Source: the human T2T-CHM13v2.0 reference genome, Homo sapiens. Taken from it: 64,000 nucleotides of DNA. A program made the position numbers and the translations under genes. Below are positions 45,531-59,149 of this stretch, piece after piece. Numbering within the stretch: position 1 is the stretch's first letter; each line of letters opens with the position of its first letter. The stretch lies in assembly GCF_009914755.1 (NCBI RefSeq), contig NC_060926.1, one strand, 5' to 3'. The notes under the pieces are model-generated. The model was not told the origin of the DNA, ran no database searches, and saw only the letters and a program-made list of their open reading frames with translations.

Positions 45531-45694
45531 TGATTTATTTAATAAATGGATTGATTTATTTAATAAAAGGACTGATTTATTTAATAAAATATTGAGCCTA
45601 TATTTATTAAATATATTTATTAAATTTATTAACTGTATTTCATGTATTTATTAAATTTATTAGATATATTTAATAAATATAGGCTCAATATTTT
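45531..45694. repeat. 21 bp tandem repeat x3 plus AT-rich palindrome
   Basis: 31 bp perfect inverted arms at 45586-45616 and 45664-45694. Confidence 0.92.
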
Positions 45695-46139
45695 TGACTG
45701 AAAATGACTAAATACCAATGAGGGCAAAAGGCAGACTGTATGTGAAAGCACTTTAAGATAAATATGCTTTATAAATACAAGTGATTGTAAATTACCCAGC
45801 GGGATTTCATTCTAACACTGGCCACACATGGGACAGGACTTACATCCAAACCATGACCCAAGTCTGCTTTATGGGTTTCATGGTTGTAAGCAGTTTCTCA
45901 CTCACGCCTTCACTTTATCCTCATAGCGCTGTAGGTAGGGCAAGGTGGGAACTAAGGTTTGAATGTTGTGTTGTGTTATTTGTATTTGATTCAAGAATGC
46001 CTTAACCTTGATTTGCCAATCTCCTCTTTTTTCCCTTCTTCTCCCCTCACTCTTTAGCATGGGACTCCTGTGGGAGCAAAATACAAAAACAAAACAAAAA
46101 TACAATTACCAACTGACAGGAATCAATTATTTAAAATTA

Positions 46140-47640
46140 GCACACGCCTACTGTCTATGGACATCCATCGTCCAAAAACAAACAAACAAAAATGAACCTT
46201 GACCTAAACCTCACACCATATACAATTATCTCAGAATGGATCATGGACTTAAACATAAAACATAGAACTATAAACTTTTGAAAAAAACCCAAGGAGAGAA
46301 TCTTTGAAATCCGGGGCTAGTCAGAGTTCTTTGACTTGACACCAAATCACCATCCACAATAGAGGAAATTGATCAATTGGGCCTCGTGATAGTTAAAGAT
46401 GTTTGCTCTCTGACAGACCACATTAAGAGACTGAAGAAACAAGCTGTAGACTGGGAAAGAATATTTGCAAAGCACGTATCTGACAAAGGACTTGCCTCTA
46501 GAATACATGAAGAACTCTTACAGTGATGATATGCAGATGGCAAATAAGCGCATGAAAGGCTGAACAACATGATCAGCCAGAAAAATGTAAAATAAAACCA
46601 GAATAGGATGGGAGACACACCTGCCAGAGTAGCTAACATAAAAATAACGACCATGCCAAATGTTGACAAGGATGAGAAGAAGCTGGGTCACTCATATGTG
46701 ACTGGTAGGAATGTGAAATGGTACAGATCCTCTGGAAAAGAGGATGAGTCATTTCTTACAAAACCAAGCATGAACTTGCCATATGGCCCAGCAGTTGTAC
46801 CCTTGGGTATTTAACCCTAAGAAATGAGAACTTTTATTCACACAAAAACTTGTTCATCAGTGTTCATTATAGACTTGTTTGTGATAGCCAAAAACTGGAA
46901 ACAGTCAAAGTAATCCATCATGGGTGTACGGTTAAAAAACTGTGGTAAGGCCGGGCATAGTGGCTCACACTGGTAATCCCAGCACTTTGGGAGGCCGAGA
47001 TGGGAAGATCACTTGAAGCCAGGATCACTTGAGCTCAGGAGTTCAAGACCAGCCTGGGCAACATGGCAAAACCCTGTCTCTACAGAAAATACAGAAATTA
47101 GCCAGGCGTGGTGGCACATGCCTGTGGTCCCAGCTACTCAGGAGGCTGAGGTGGGAGGATGGCTTGAGCCCAGGAGATAGAGGTTGCAATAAGCCAAGGT
47201 CGCCCCACCGCACTTCAGCCTGGGTGACAGAGTAATGCCCTGTCTCAAAAACAAACAAAAAATCTGTGGTGCATCCATACCATGGCGTACTACTCAGCAA
47301 TTAAAAAAACTCAAACTATTAATGCATACAACAAACCACTTGGAAGGATCTCAAGGGAATTATGCTGAGTGGGGAAAGCCAACCCTGAAAGGTCACACAT
47401 TGTCTCATTTCATTTCTATGGCACTCTTGAAGGGAGGAAATCACAGAAGTGGAGTACAGATTACTGATTGTCAGAGACTATCTTCCAAGGTAGCACAAGG
47501 GATCATTGAAATGAAATTTTTCTGTATCTTGACTATAGGGGTGCTCACATGTATCTACATATGTGATAAATTTACATCTGACTAAACACACACACACACG
47601 CAAACGCATTTCACAATGAATGAAATCTGGAAAAGGTTAG
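46140..47640 (+). mobile_element. L1M 3' fragment with nested AluJ (46949-47261)
   Basis: ORF2 3' motifs (aatatttgcaaagcacgtatctgacaaaggactt); Alu flanked by ctgtggt. Confidence 0.85.
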
Positions 47641-47910
47641 TATTAGTTTGCCAAGGCTACTGTAAAGAATTATCCCAACTGGGTGGCTTAAAACAGCAAA
47701 AGTTTATTCTATTGTGGTGTTTTGAGGCAAAAGTCTGAAATAAAGGTGTCGGCAGGGCTGGCTCCTTCCGAAAGCTCTAGGGAAGAAGCCCAGACTTTTT
47801 AAGCTTCTGGAAGCTCTGGGTTCCCTGACTGATGGCAGCACCCCTCCAATCTCTGCCTCTGCCTTCACAAGGCTGTCTTCCCCGTGTCTCTCTGTGTATC
47901 AGCGTCATTT
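47640..47910 (-). mobile_element. MLT1-type LTR fragment
   Basis: gtattagtttgccaaggct...gggtggcttaaaacagc...aaggtgtcggcaggg. Confidence 0.7.
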
Positions 47911-50144
47911 TTCTGGTGGTGTGATATTGCCTTATACTATAGTTATGCTACCCTTGGGGAAGTTGGACGAAAGTTATATGAGATCTCTCTGCAGTATTTC
48001 TTACAACTGCATATGAATGTGCAAGCATCCAAACTAAAAAGGTATTGTTGTTTTTTTAAGTTGGCATATGGAGAGGCTGAGCAGGGAGGGATGCACAGGT
48101 CCTGGCGTCTGCTTGGCTGCAGGGCAGAGGGAGACATGGAAAGTAGCATCCAAGTTTCATGCCTGGATGATGGGAGATGGGCTGTACAAGGACACCACAG
48201 AGGACAGGGAAGGAGGACCACACCAGAGCCAGACCAGAGGACCAGTGGTCGGCATGATGGCTTCAGGAACTACAAGCGTGAATTTCTTTGGGATGCAAGT
48301 AACACCAGCCAGCTTAAGCAGAAATGGGGAGTTTCCTATAAGATCACAGAGAGGAACCATTGAAGCTAATGGCAGAAATGCAACTGGACCTCAGGAAAGG
48401 CCAGTGCTGGGCACGGGAGGCCAGTGGGCACCTAGGGAGAACATGCTGGCTTTCTATTTGATTTCAATCCAGTTCCTTGACAGGACAGCCATCTCTATCC
48501 CTTAGTCCAACTGCTGTCGAGAAAATGGCTGTCGCGAGCTCTGAAGTTCACATGTTATCATTTCAGCCACTGGAAGAAACTGCCCTTTTATTATTAGTCC
48601 TAGTCTCAAATTCCCAGATAAAAGGTTCTGACTGGCTCTCTTGGGGCCAGGTGCCATCTCCACTGTGGCCAGAAGACAGGATTATTTTACACACACATGG
48701 TCAGAGCTCTCCAGAGAGCAACAGCTTAGGGAGGTCATTTTGAGCGGAACAGATATCCCCAAATGTATTCTCTGTCTACCACAAATGTCTTTAAAGCACC
48801 TTATACTCAGTTCCATACACTTATTAGAGAAATAGAATTAGCCAGATTTTTTTTTCAATAAAGGCATCTCTATATATTTTTTTCAACCATCACATTTTAG
48901 ACGGACTTTCAACACCAGTAACTGAAACAAACATTTAGATTGGCTTTTATGTAACCATAAATTAAATTAACCAAAGAATCAACTCCCCAAACATTCTTAG
49001 AGTCAGAGTTTTATTTTATTATAAATCTAGATCTATGAAAGCAGAAACCATACTCTTCTAGATTGATAACAATTACTCACAATCCCTTAAGCTTTCTAAA
49101 ATCATTTATTACTCTGATAAAAATAATTCAACTGGAGATGAACACGGTAGAACAACCTCTTAGTGCAAAGCCATTTTTTAAAATAGAGCAATACTGTTTC
49201 CTCTTAGAGACAAACACAGTAGTAAATGCAAACATTAGCAGATTGTGGTAATTTATAACCTGAGTTATTGTCTGGGAGATTTGCTGTAACAAGTGGGTGA
49301 CCCGCTAGAGGTCAGATGACAGTAACTTGAGCAGAGAGAAAACTGTGAGATTCAGAGCCAGGTATTAAGCATCAAAGGAAAGCTAAGAAACCAGGAACAG
49401 GAAAGGAGCCTCTTCTTCCCTTCTTTTGTACAAAAAACCCTCAGAGGAGGATTTTCCTTCTTGTAAGAGCATTTATGGAGCTGAGTCACAAATGCCACGC
49501 AGGTACATGCTGAATAAATAAATAGGTCCTCGAAGCATCTGCTTCCTAGATTTGGGATTTGTTGATTTAGTCCCACAGTTGTGCCTCCTGGTGATTTTTC
49601 ATTAATCGAGAGCTCCAGAACCAAACGAACTTTGTATTCTTTTCAAAATATCAAAGTGGAAAGCGGGGTTTCTGGAAGCTCTTTGATTCTAAACCCATCT
49701 TCCTTCCCTTTCGGGGCATCCACTATTGAAGGAGGCAGACGGTCAGCCCAGGGAGGACAGGGCTGAAAAGCAAGGAGGAAGAGTCTCGAAGTTGCAGGCA
49801 CCGTGTCACTAGCACATGTGGTGGAAGATGGTTTTGGGAAATAAGAGCTTTGGGCAACCTCAAGAGTGAACTCTGCCAGTGTTTTGGCAGTTAGGGATGT
49901 GGATGATATAAAATGAAATCACATTCCAAGCATACCATTTCTGGTGGAGAGTAAATATACTCAGTAAAGCCAGGTTCAAAGAGGAATCTGTATAATGTCC
50001 GAATGAAATATGAAGTAGTGGTGAAATATTTAAAGGTCAACTTGTGTGCACAACAAAATTTGTGTGAAGTTTTTCTCAGAAATCATGTAAGAAGTGAACT
50101 AAAAAGAATTCCAGTGAGATGCTGGAATTCCAATGAAAATGAAT

Positions 50145-50770
50145 GGTGTGGGAGGCAGAATTCTAAGGTGGCCCAGGAGATGTCTGCCCCCAGGCACACA
50201 TATCGTGTGCAATCCCCCTGCATTTCACCTCGGAATTGAGGAACAGACACTCCTTAGGCTAGGCTTTGTTATACAACAAAGGTTAGTCATTCCTGTGATT
50301 ATGTTTTGTCATATAAGACTCCAAGACCAGCCAGTTGGCTTTGAAGACCAACCAAACAGCTGTGCAGTGAGCTACCATGTCCTAAAAGGGCCATTTGGCT
50401 GGGACTTCAGGAACGCTCTAGGAGTTGAGAGTGACCCCCAGTTGACAGCCAGCAAGAAAACAGGGACTTCAGTGCTGCAGCCTCGTGGTACTGGATTCTG
50501 CCAACAACTACATGAGCTTTGAGGACCCAGAGGCTTACAAAAGAACCACAGCCCCTACAGTGACACCTTGAGTTCAGTCTGGTGACCCCCTGGACAGAGG
50601 ACCCAGTTAACCCGTCTGGAGACTCCTGACTTACAGAAACTGTGAGATAATACATTTGTGCCGTTGCTGTATATTCTCATGTAGTAAAATAAATATATAA
50701 ATAAATTTATGTTGCTTTAAGCCACTGAGTTTGTGCCAATTTGTTATACAAGCATAGAAAACGAATGCAG
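50145..50770 (+). mobile_element. MLT1D/E-like LTR
   Basis: tgtgggaggcagaattctaaggtggccc...gacagccagcaagaaaacagggacttcag...ttgctttaagccactgagtttgtg. Confidence 0.75.
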
Positions 50771-51833
50771 ATCATATCAGAATAGAAATCAGTATAGCTG
50801 ACCTCAGTAAGAGTTTTAAAAAGAATTTTATGCATCTGTCATAGAATAAAGGATTGCTGGTATTGGGTTAAAAACTTGAGAACCCTGAATGCATCATTTA
50901 AAAGAACTAGCACTGTGCTGGGGGTCAAAGAACATGGCCGTGCCAGGCTAACGGAGACAAGTCACTTCATTGCTAAGCATGTTAGTGTTAGGCCCTGTTC
51001 AATGAGGAGATGCAGCAAAATTGCTCCTTAAGTTTCCTGTTAGTTTCAAAACACGATGCCAATAATTTCCAAGTTTGTCTCTTTCAATTACAAAAGCGAT
51101 GAATATTAACGTTCATTTTCCGTGTAAACCCTTGCAGTAGTCAGCCTCCTTGGTTTATTTTTTAAAAGGCCAAATTATGTGGTCTTGTCAGCGTCTCCAC
51201 CTTGTCTTTTATCCCTCCATTCTCACTTACTCCAGCTAAGCCGACAGCTTTGCAGGGTTCTTTTTCTTTCGTAGGTGTGTGCACCTTTATGCACCTGTGT
51301 ATCCACCAAGGGGCCCTGGCACATCACAAGTTAGTGGTCTGGGAAAAGTTCTCTAACCTCTTTGTGTCTCCCCTTTCTGGTGTATAAAATGGAGGTAATA
51401 ATACCTTCCTGTCTTCTGTATAGGATCGTTCGTTCATTCAGCACACATTTTTTAAGGACCTACACTGCTGTCACCTACTCTTTAGGTGCTGGAGATGCAG
51501 CAACGAACATACTACACAAAATCACCTGCCCTGTGGAGCTCATATTCTATAGCAGATGGTCCATGAAGTCCTCTTTGAGGAGATGAAATGTGCGGCAAGA
51601 TCTGAATGTAGGCAGGTAGGGGCCACACAGACCCCTGGGGTGACAACATCCAGGACAGGGACAGCACAAGCTTAGGCCAAGGCATGCTATAATCAGTGCC
51701 TCCAGCTTGCTGTGCAGCTCAGAGAAAGTCACTCTGCCCCTGTGAGCCACCTTTCTCTCATTTGTATGAGACAGTCAGTGATTTTCACCCTGGAGATTTG
51801 GACCTCTAGAAGGCCCGTCAAGAAAGTAATGCA

Positions 51834-52230
51834 GGCTGGGTGTGGTGCCTCACACCTGTAATTCTGGCATTTTGGGAGGCCAAGGTGGGAGGAAGGCTTT
51901 AGGTCAGGAATTCAAGACCAGTCTGGACAACATAGGGCGATCCCATCTCTACAAAAAAGAAAAAAAAATTAGCTAGGCATGTTGGCTTACCAGTAGTCCC
52001 AGCTACTCAGGAGGCCAAGGTGGGAGGATTGCTTTGCACCCAGGAGTTCGGGGTTGCAATGAGTTATGATCATGCCACTGCACTCTACCCTGGACGACAG
52101 AGCAAGGCCTTGTCTCACAAAAATAAACAGAGAGAGAGAGAGAGAGAAAGAGACGAAGGAAGGAAGGGAGTGGGGAGGGAAGGAAGGGAGTGGGGAGGGA
52201 AGGAAGGAAAGAAGCAAGATCAAGAAGGAA
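51834..52230 (+). mobile_element. AluJ with polypurine-expanded tail
   Basis: Alu consensus followed by (GA)n and GGAAG-rich repeats. Confidence 0.88.
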
Positions 52231-52423
52231 GTCTCGTTATACAAATAAAGACAGCCCAGTTTCAACATTTTAAATGTGACTTTTTTGTTGTTTTTGGATG
52301 GAATCATATCAACTCTCTAACACCAGTTATAATATAATGATCTTCAGCCATGCAGCTGAGGAATTAAAAATGGAGAAGTAATTATTTCAGAATAAGAACA
52401 CATTTTAAGTGGAGGCTCTTTTT

Positions 52424-52775
52424 TTCCTTTCCTATTTGTTTTTAAATTTCTATAGGTTTTAGGGGAACAGGTGGTGTTTGGTTACATGAATAAGTTCTAT
52501 AGCAGTGATTTCGGAGATTTTGGTGTGCCCATCACCCAAGCAGTGTATACTGTACTCCCTCACTCCCCCGACCCTTTCCCCCAAGTCCCCAAGGTCCGTT
52601 GTGTCATTCTTATGCCTTTGCATCCTCATAGCTTAGCTCCCACTTGTGAGTGTGAACATACAATGTTTGGTTTTCCATTCCTGAGTTACTTCACTTAGAA
52701 TAATAGTCTCCAAATCCATCCAGGTAACTGCAAATGCCATTATTTTATTCCTTTTTATAACTGAGTAGTATTCTG

Positions 52776-52844
<69 letters not shown>

Positions 52845-53178
52845 ACAAAGCCAGAGAGCAGTTTCTTCTGCTCACTGGTAGCTCCTGCCCTGTGTCTTTT
52901 GGTCACATTCCTCTTTAGGGTAGGTGGGTGTTTCTTGGTCTGGGAACTAAGTGCCTTCAGACAAAAGTGGTACCTTTGGCCCCATCAATTGCATTTGTAG
53001 ATGAAGGGCCTCAGTTAAAGATGTGTTTTCAGGATATGGTGCTCTGCAGTGAGAGAGCAAAAGTTTTTCCTGAGGTTGGAAAATGATGACCCGCTGGAGC
53101 TGGGATATTATATATACATAATATATATATACCACAATTTCTTTATTCACTTGTTGGTTGATGGGCATTTGGGCTGGT
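52424..53178 (-). mobile_element. Short L1PB 3' insertion split at (TA)n by a non-L1 insert
   Basis: L1PB 3' UTR at 52424-52780 and 53106-53178; TSD AAGTGGAGGCTCTTTTT at 52407-52423 and 53179-53195. Confidence 0.85.
52777..52840. repeat. (TA)~32 microsatellite
   Basis: Direct read. Confidence 0.95.
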
Positions 53179-54678
53179 AAGTGGAGGCTCTTTTTAAGTG
53201 GAGGCTCACATGCACAGGCTCCGTGGGAAAGAGAACTTGGGGACCATAGGGCCAAGGAGGTTTGGAGGCCTCCCAGCTCCAGCTCCAACAAAAGACAAAG
53301 GGCAGGAGCTATCAGCAAGCAGAAGAAACTGCTCCCTGGCTTTGTAAATTCTGATTTCTGCAGCTACTGGAGTCTGGGAAATAGCTTCTAAACATCCTCC
53401 TACTCTGCCTCCCCCCTCTCTCGATGAAAGAGACTGAGGGTCCAACAAAGAAATGCCAGCATCATTCAAGGGAGTTGAAGCCCCCGTTAGCAAGGCAGTC
53501 TGCTCGGACTGGGAGCAGTGGCACACATTCTGTTCTCAGGGACGTTGCTGCCTGAATTCACGTTTCCTGGAGGATGCTACGGGCTGAGTCCTCTAGCCAG
53601 GAACGGGATGCTTCATCTGGAAGTTTTTAGGAGCCCTTCCTCTCAATAGGATGTTATTGTACCAGAGAATTGCCTCAAGCCAGTGCTCTCTCTTGGAACT
53701 GTTTTCTATTTTTTTCAACTTTGTTTTACACTGGACTGGCACACAGGGAGGCAAAGATCTCATCAAGGCACTTCCAGTGACTTTAAACAGCCACACAATA
53801 TGGGCCCCAGTTTCAGCTGCTGCTTTGGCCCTTGGCGACGGAAGATAACGTTTAAGCCAATATACGCTGAAGTTTGGGCTTTGCTCATAAGTGTTTCTAT
53901 TTAAGGGAAGGGGATGTGGATGATGCCAACAGTTACGGATGGAAAAGGAAGATTATACACCAGGAAAACTCATTTCCAAGGAAGCAGCCTGTGCACGTGG
54001 CTTCCCGGGCTGCGGCTGGGTTCTGAGTGCGGGCAGCAGCTGGGGAGGGCACACCACTGACCTGCCAACCCCAGGGACAAATGTGCTCCTGCCCAGAGCA
54101 AATCTGTAGCTCCTTCGATTTCTTTACTTGGATTATCGGAATCAAATGCACTTGCTTTTCTTTCTCCCTCTCCTTCTTTCTTAAAATGCTTTTCCAAAGA
54201 CATTTGTTTTCCACGAACCACTGTCTGCTATTTGTACCACTGGACTTTTTAGTCTCTTGCTAATTTTTTCTTTCTTTAACATCCTATGAATGATTCATGT
54301 CTTGGGTGCCCAGTCCTCCCAAACAGCACACATTGGTATAAATGAAATGTGAGAGTAACAGCCAAGTACTCATGCGCTCCTGGTTCTGAGGCCCTGTACT
54401 TTGCAGCTAGAGTCCCTTTCCCCGTGCACAAGCAGGTATTTTAACCCCAGTATTTCTGCTAAGTCAACCGGCCTCCAGAGATATTAGGACATTAAGACTT
54501 TGTCTAGTCCCACAGCTAGTTGGAAATAAGGGGTGAAATCTTCTTCCAAGCAACATTTCTAAAGGGGTGCTCCATAGACCATCTGCATCGGAATTCTCAA
54601 GGGTCCTAATGAAGCCCGGGAATTTGCATTTTCAATAAATTTGCTAGATGATTTAAAAACAAAGTTTGAGTCCCTGTC

Positions 54679-55074
54679 TGTATCAGTCTGTTCTCACATT
54701 GCTATAAAGACATACTTGCCACTGGGTAATTTATATAAAAGAGTTTTAATTGGCTCATCGTTCTGCAGGCTGTACAGGCTTCTGCTTCTGGGGAGGCCTC
54801 AGGAAACTTACAATCATGGCGGAAGGCAAAGGTGAAGGAAGCATGCCTTACATGGCAGGAGCAAGAGGAAGAGAGAGCAAAGGGGAAGGTGCTACACACT
54901 TTCAAACAGACAGACCTCGTGAGAACTCTATTGCGAGGCAGCACTGGGGGGATGGTGCTGCAACATGAGAAACCATCCCCATGATCCAATCACCTCCCAC
55001 CAGGCCCCACCTGCAACACTCAGGATCACAATTCAACATGAGATTTGGGTGGGGACACAGAGCCAAACCATACC
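54679..55074 (-). mobile_element. MSTA-like solo LTR
   Basis: tgtatcagtctgttctcacattgctataaag...gagccaaaccata. Confidence 0.85.
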
Positions 55075-55504
55075 CGCATCCTAATGTCTATGAAACAATT
55101 AAACAACACACACACACACCAGAAGCTGTAATTTTTGTGTAAGTGAACAGCTTCCAACTCAAAATAGCAGTCAGAGTGGGTGGGTAGGTGGTCATTGATA
55201 TGAGAAATGGATAATTGCCATGCAGTAAAAGGCATTTAAAAAACAAAATTTTTTGTAAAAGGCAAAACATGCTCATGGAGTAAGTATCAGGATACAAAAG
55301 AGAAAACAGTGACAAGCAGTCTGCCTGCCCCACTCTTGCCTAGGGACCCTTCCTCCCTCCCCAGAGGCCACTACAACTGATAGACTCTGTTTAGGAGAAA
55401 AGACTTGAAAATTGGGGAAAACCTTACAGGCCGAGTTCAACTTGGAAGTGGTATTTTTATCATGTAAAGACAATGAGGTCCATAAAATCTTCCCCCAGCC
55501 CACT

Positions 55505-56885
<1,381 letters not shown>

Positions 56886-58808
56886 TTGCTGGACGTGCGC
56901 TGTGGGGATGCGTGGGTGCACGTCGTCATCCATGGAGGTGTGTGTCGGTGTTGACATCTGCATTGGGTACGCGGAAGAGGGTTCATTTGATTGTGAGTTG
57001 TCCCACGGTTAGCCTGTCACTCCAGGAGCGGCTGCAGCCCTGCCTCGCTGGACAGTGGGGATGACAGAGTTTCTGTGACGTTCCTGGGAAGGGGTGAGGA
57101 CTGGAGGAGTGGGGATTGGTTGGAAGGGTTGGGAGGGTCACCTGCTTGAAGCTGGGTTTGTGGCAAGTGTTGTTTCCAGTGGTTGCTCTTCAGGCTGGAG
57201 CTGATTTGGGGAGGGGAAGCTGCGGGAGAGTGAGCGTGGCTCGCTCCCCAGCCAGCCTGGTACCCACGCAAACTGCCGTCCTGCCTGTCCCTGTGGGTTT
57301 GCTGCTGCTGTTGCTCTTGTTCTTTTCATGGTTGGCCCCACGTGTGTTCAGCCCTTAACCTGTTAAGGGGATGAGCTTTGGAACTGACACCCCTGGGCCA
57401 TTTCTCCAAGTCTTTATGCCTTGCTGACCTCATGTGTATAATGGTGTGATAATAATAGGATGTCTTTTATAGGGCTCTGTAAGGACCCAAAAGGCACCTG
57501 TTTGTAAAGCACAGAATGTGGAGTGTGTGAGCCCATGCCCTATAAAACGCATTCTTGTCTTGCGCTTCTGTTGGCGGGTGGTCCTCACTGGACCCCCAGA
57601 AGCTTTCACATGGTGTGAGGGCCCCATTTGCCTGGCGCTTCCTTGGATCATATGCCCCAAAATAGACACACTTTTGGTCTTCCATGGAACCAAATCCAGC
57701 CCTCGCCCTAAAAGCAGCCCCGTCTTCCAATTAAAATGAAGAGTTTTTTTTAAAGTTCTGCCATCAGCATCTCTTCTGAGGAACTCCAGGAGATGGCCTG
57801 CACTGGGCCCTGGGATCACATTGCTCGTCTCCAGCCCGACCCCCATCTGTGGGGCTGCCTGAAAGTGGCGTGTCTCTCTTGCAAACTGCTGCTGGACATT
57901 TCACGGGGGTGGTGGGCAGCCTCTTAATGGCGAAATCCAGCAGGATTTAAACAAGTTAATGATTTGGATAGTGATCCTCTGCCTTGCCCCACCCTCCCCT
58001 GAGAATGCTGCATCTCCCTTTTTCATTTCCGGACTGGGATGGGAAAGTGACCCTGGACCCACGGCTGTCAGGAGCAAAGTCAGAGCCTTTGATTGGAGTC
58101 AGAGCCTTTGATTGGAAACCAGGCGCCACCTGCTGACTCCCAAAGCTCACTTCTTTGGTCAGTTTCTGTGCCTGGGACAAGGAGTCTAAGAGCTCCCATC
58201 CATCTAGTTCTCAGGCAAAGTTGCACATTGACTCTGCCTTTGACATTGGCAAGAGGAGCCCCTTCCTTTGGCCCCAAGCATTAGAGGGTCAAAATGACTT
58301 ATTCAAACAGCATGGCCTGTCTACAGGACATTCAGGCATACACAATAGTGGCTAAATTCAGACATCTTTGATATTTTACCAACTTTCTGTCATTTAAAAC
58401 AACAGCTTTACATATATTGCTCAGGGTCTGAAATTTGTCTCTGGCAAAAGTGACCCTAAACTCTAAATATCTGCTCTGGTCAATAATACCGTGTAGGCCC
58501 CAGGGAAATGCTTCTCTGTAGGTCTGTGTCTCGAGACCAAAGGTGACTTTATCCAAAAGCTGTGAGGTTTGTAGATTGCACAACTGCAGCTATCAGAGAT
58601 GGTCACTGAACTGCGACCATTTTGAAAAAGAAGATACAAACTAATTGACTTGTCAAATTCTTCCTTGCAGAGAGCATGGATGCAACCGATTCTTGCATAA
58701 CCAAATCCTTTCCCAGGAGTGCTGAAAATCCATTTTCTGTTAGTGATTTCAGAAATATTCATAGATAAATAGAGTACTCGAAGCCCTTGCACCTGGTGTC
58801 TCAGGAAG

Positions 58809-59147
58809 TTTTTTCTTTTTCTTTTTTCTTTTTTTTTTTTTTTGGAGACAAAATCTTGCTCCCTTGCTCAGGCTGGAGTGCAGTGGCATGATCTTGGTGC
58901 ACTACAACCTCCACCTCCCCGGTTCAAGCGATTCTCCTGCCTGAGCCTCCCAAGTAGCTGAGATTACAGGCACCCACCACCACACCCAGCTAATTTTTGT
59001 ATTTATAGAAGAAAAATTGCTACTAAATTTTGCCATGTTGGGTCTTGCCATGTTGACCAGGCTGGTCTTGAACTCCCGACCTCAGGTGATCCTCCCACCT
59101 CGGCCTCCCAAGGTGCTGGGATTACAGGTGTGAGCCACTGCGCCCAA
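58809..59147 (-). mobile_element. AluS with rearranged middle
   Basis: Reverse Alu consensus. Confidence 0.9.
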
Positions 59148-59149
59148 CC

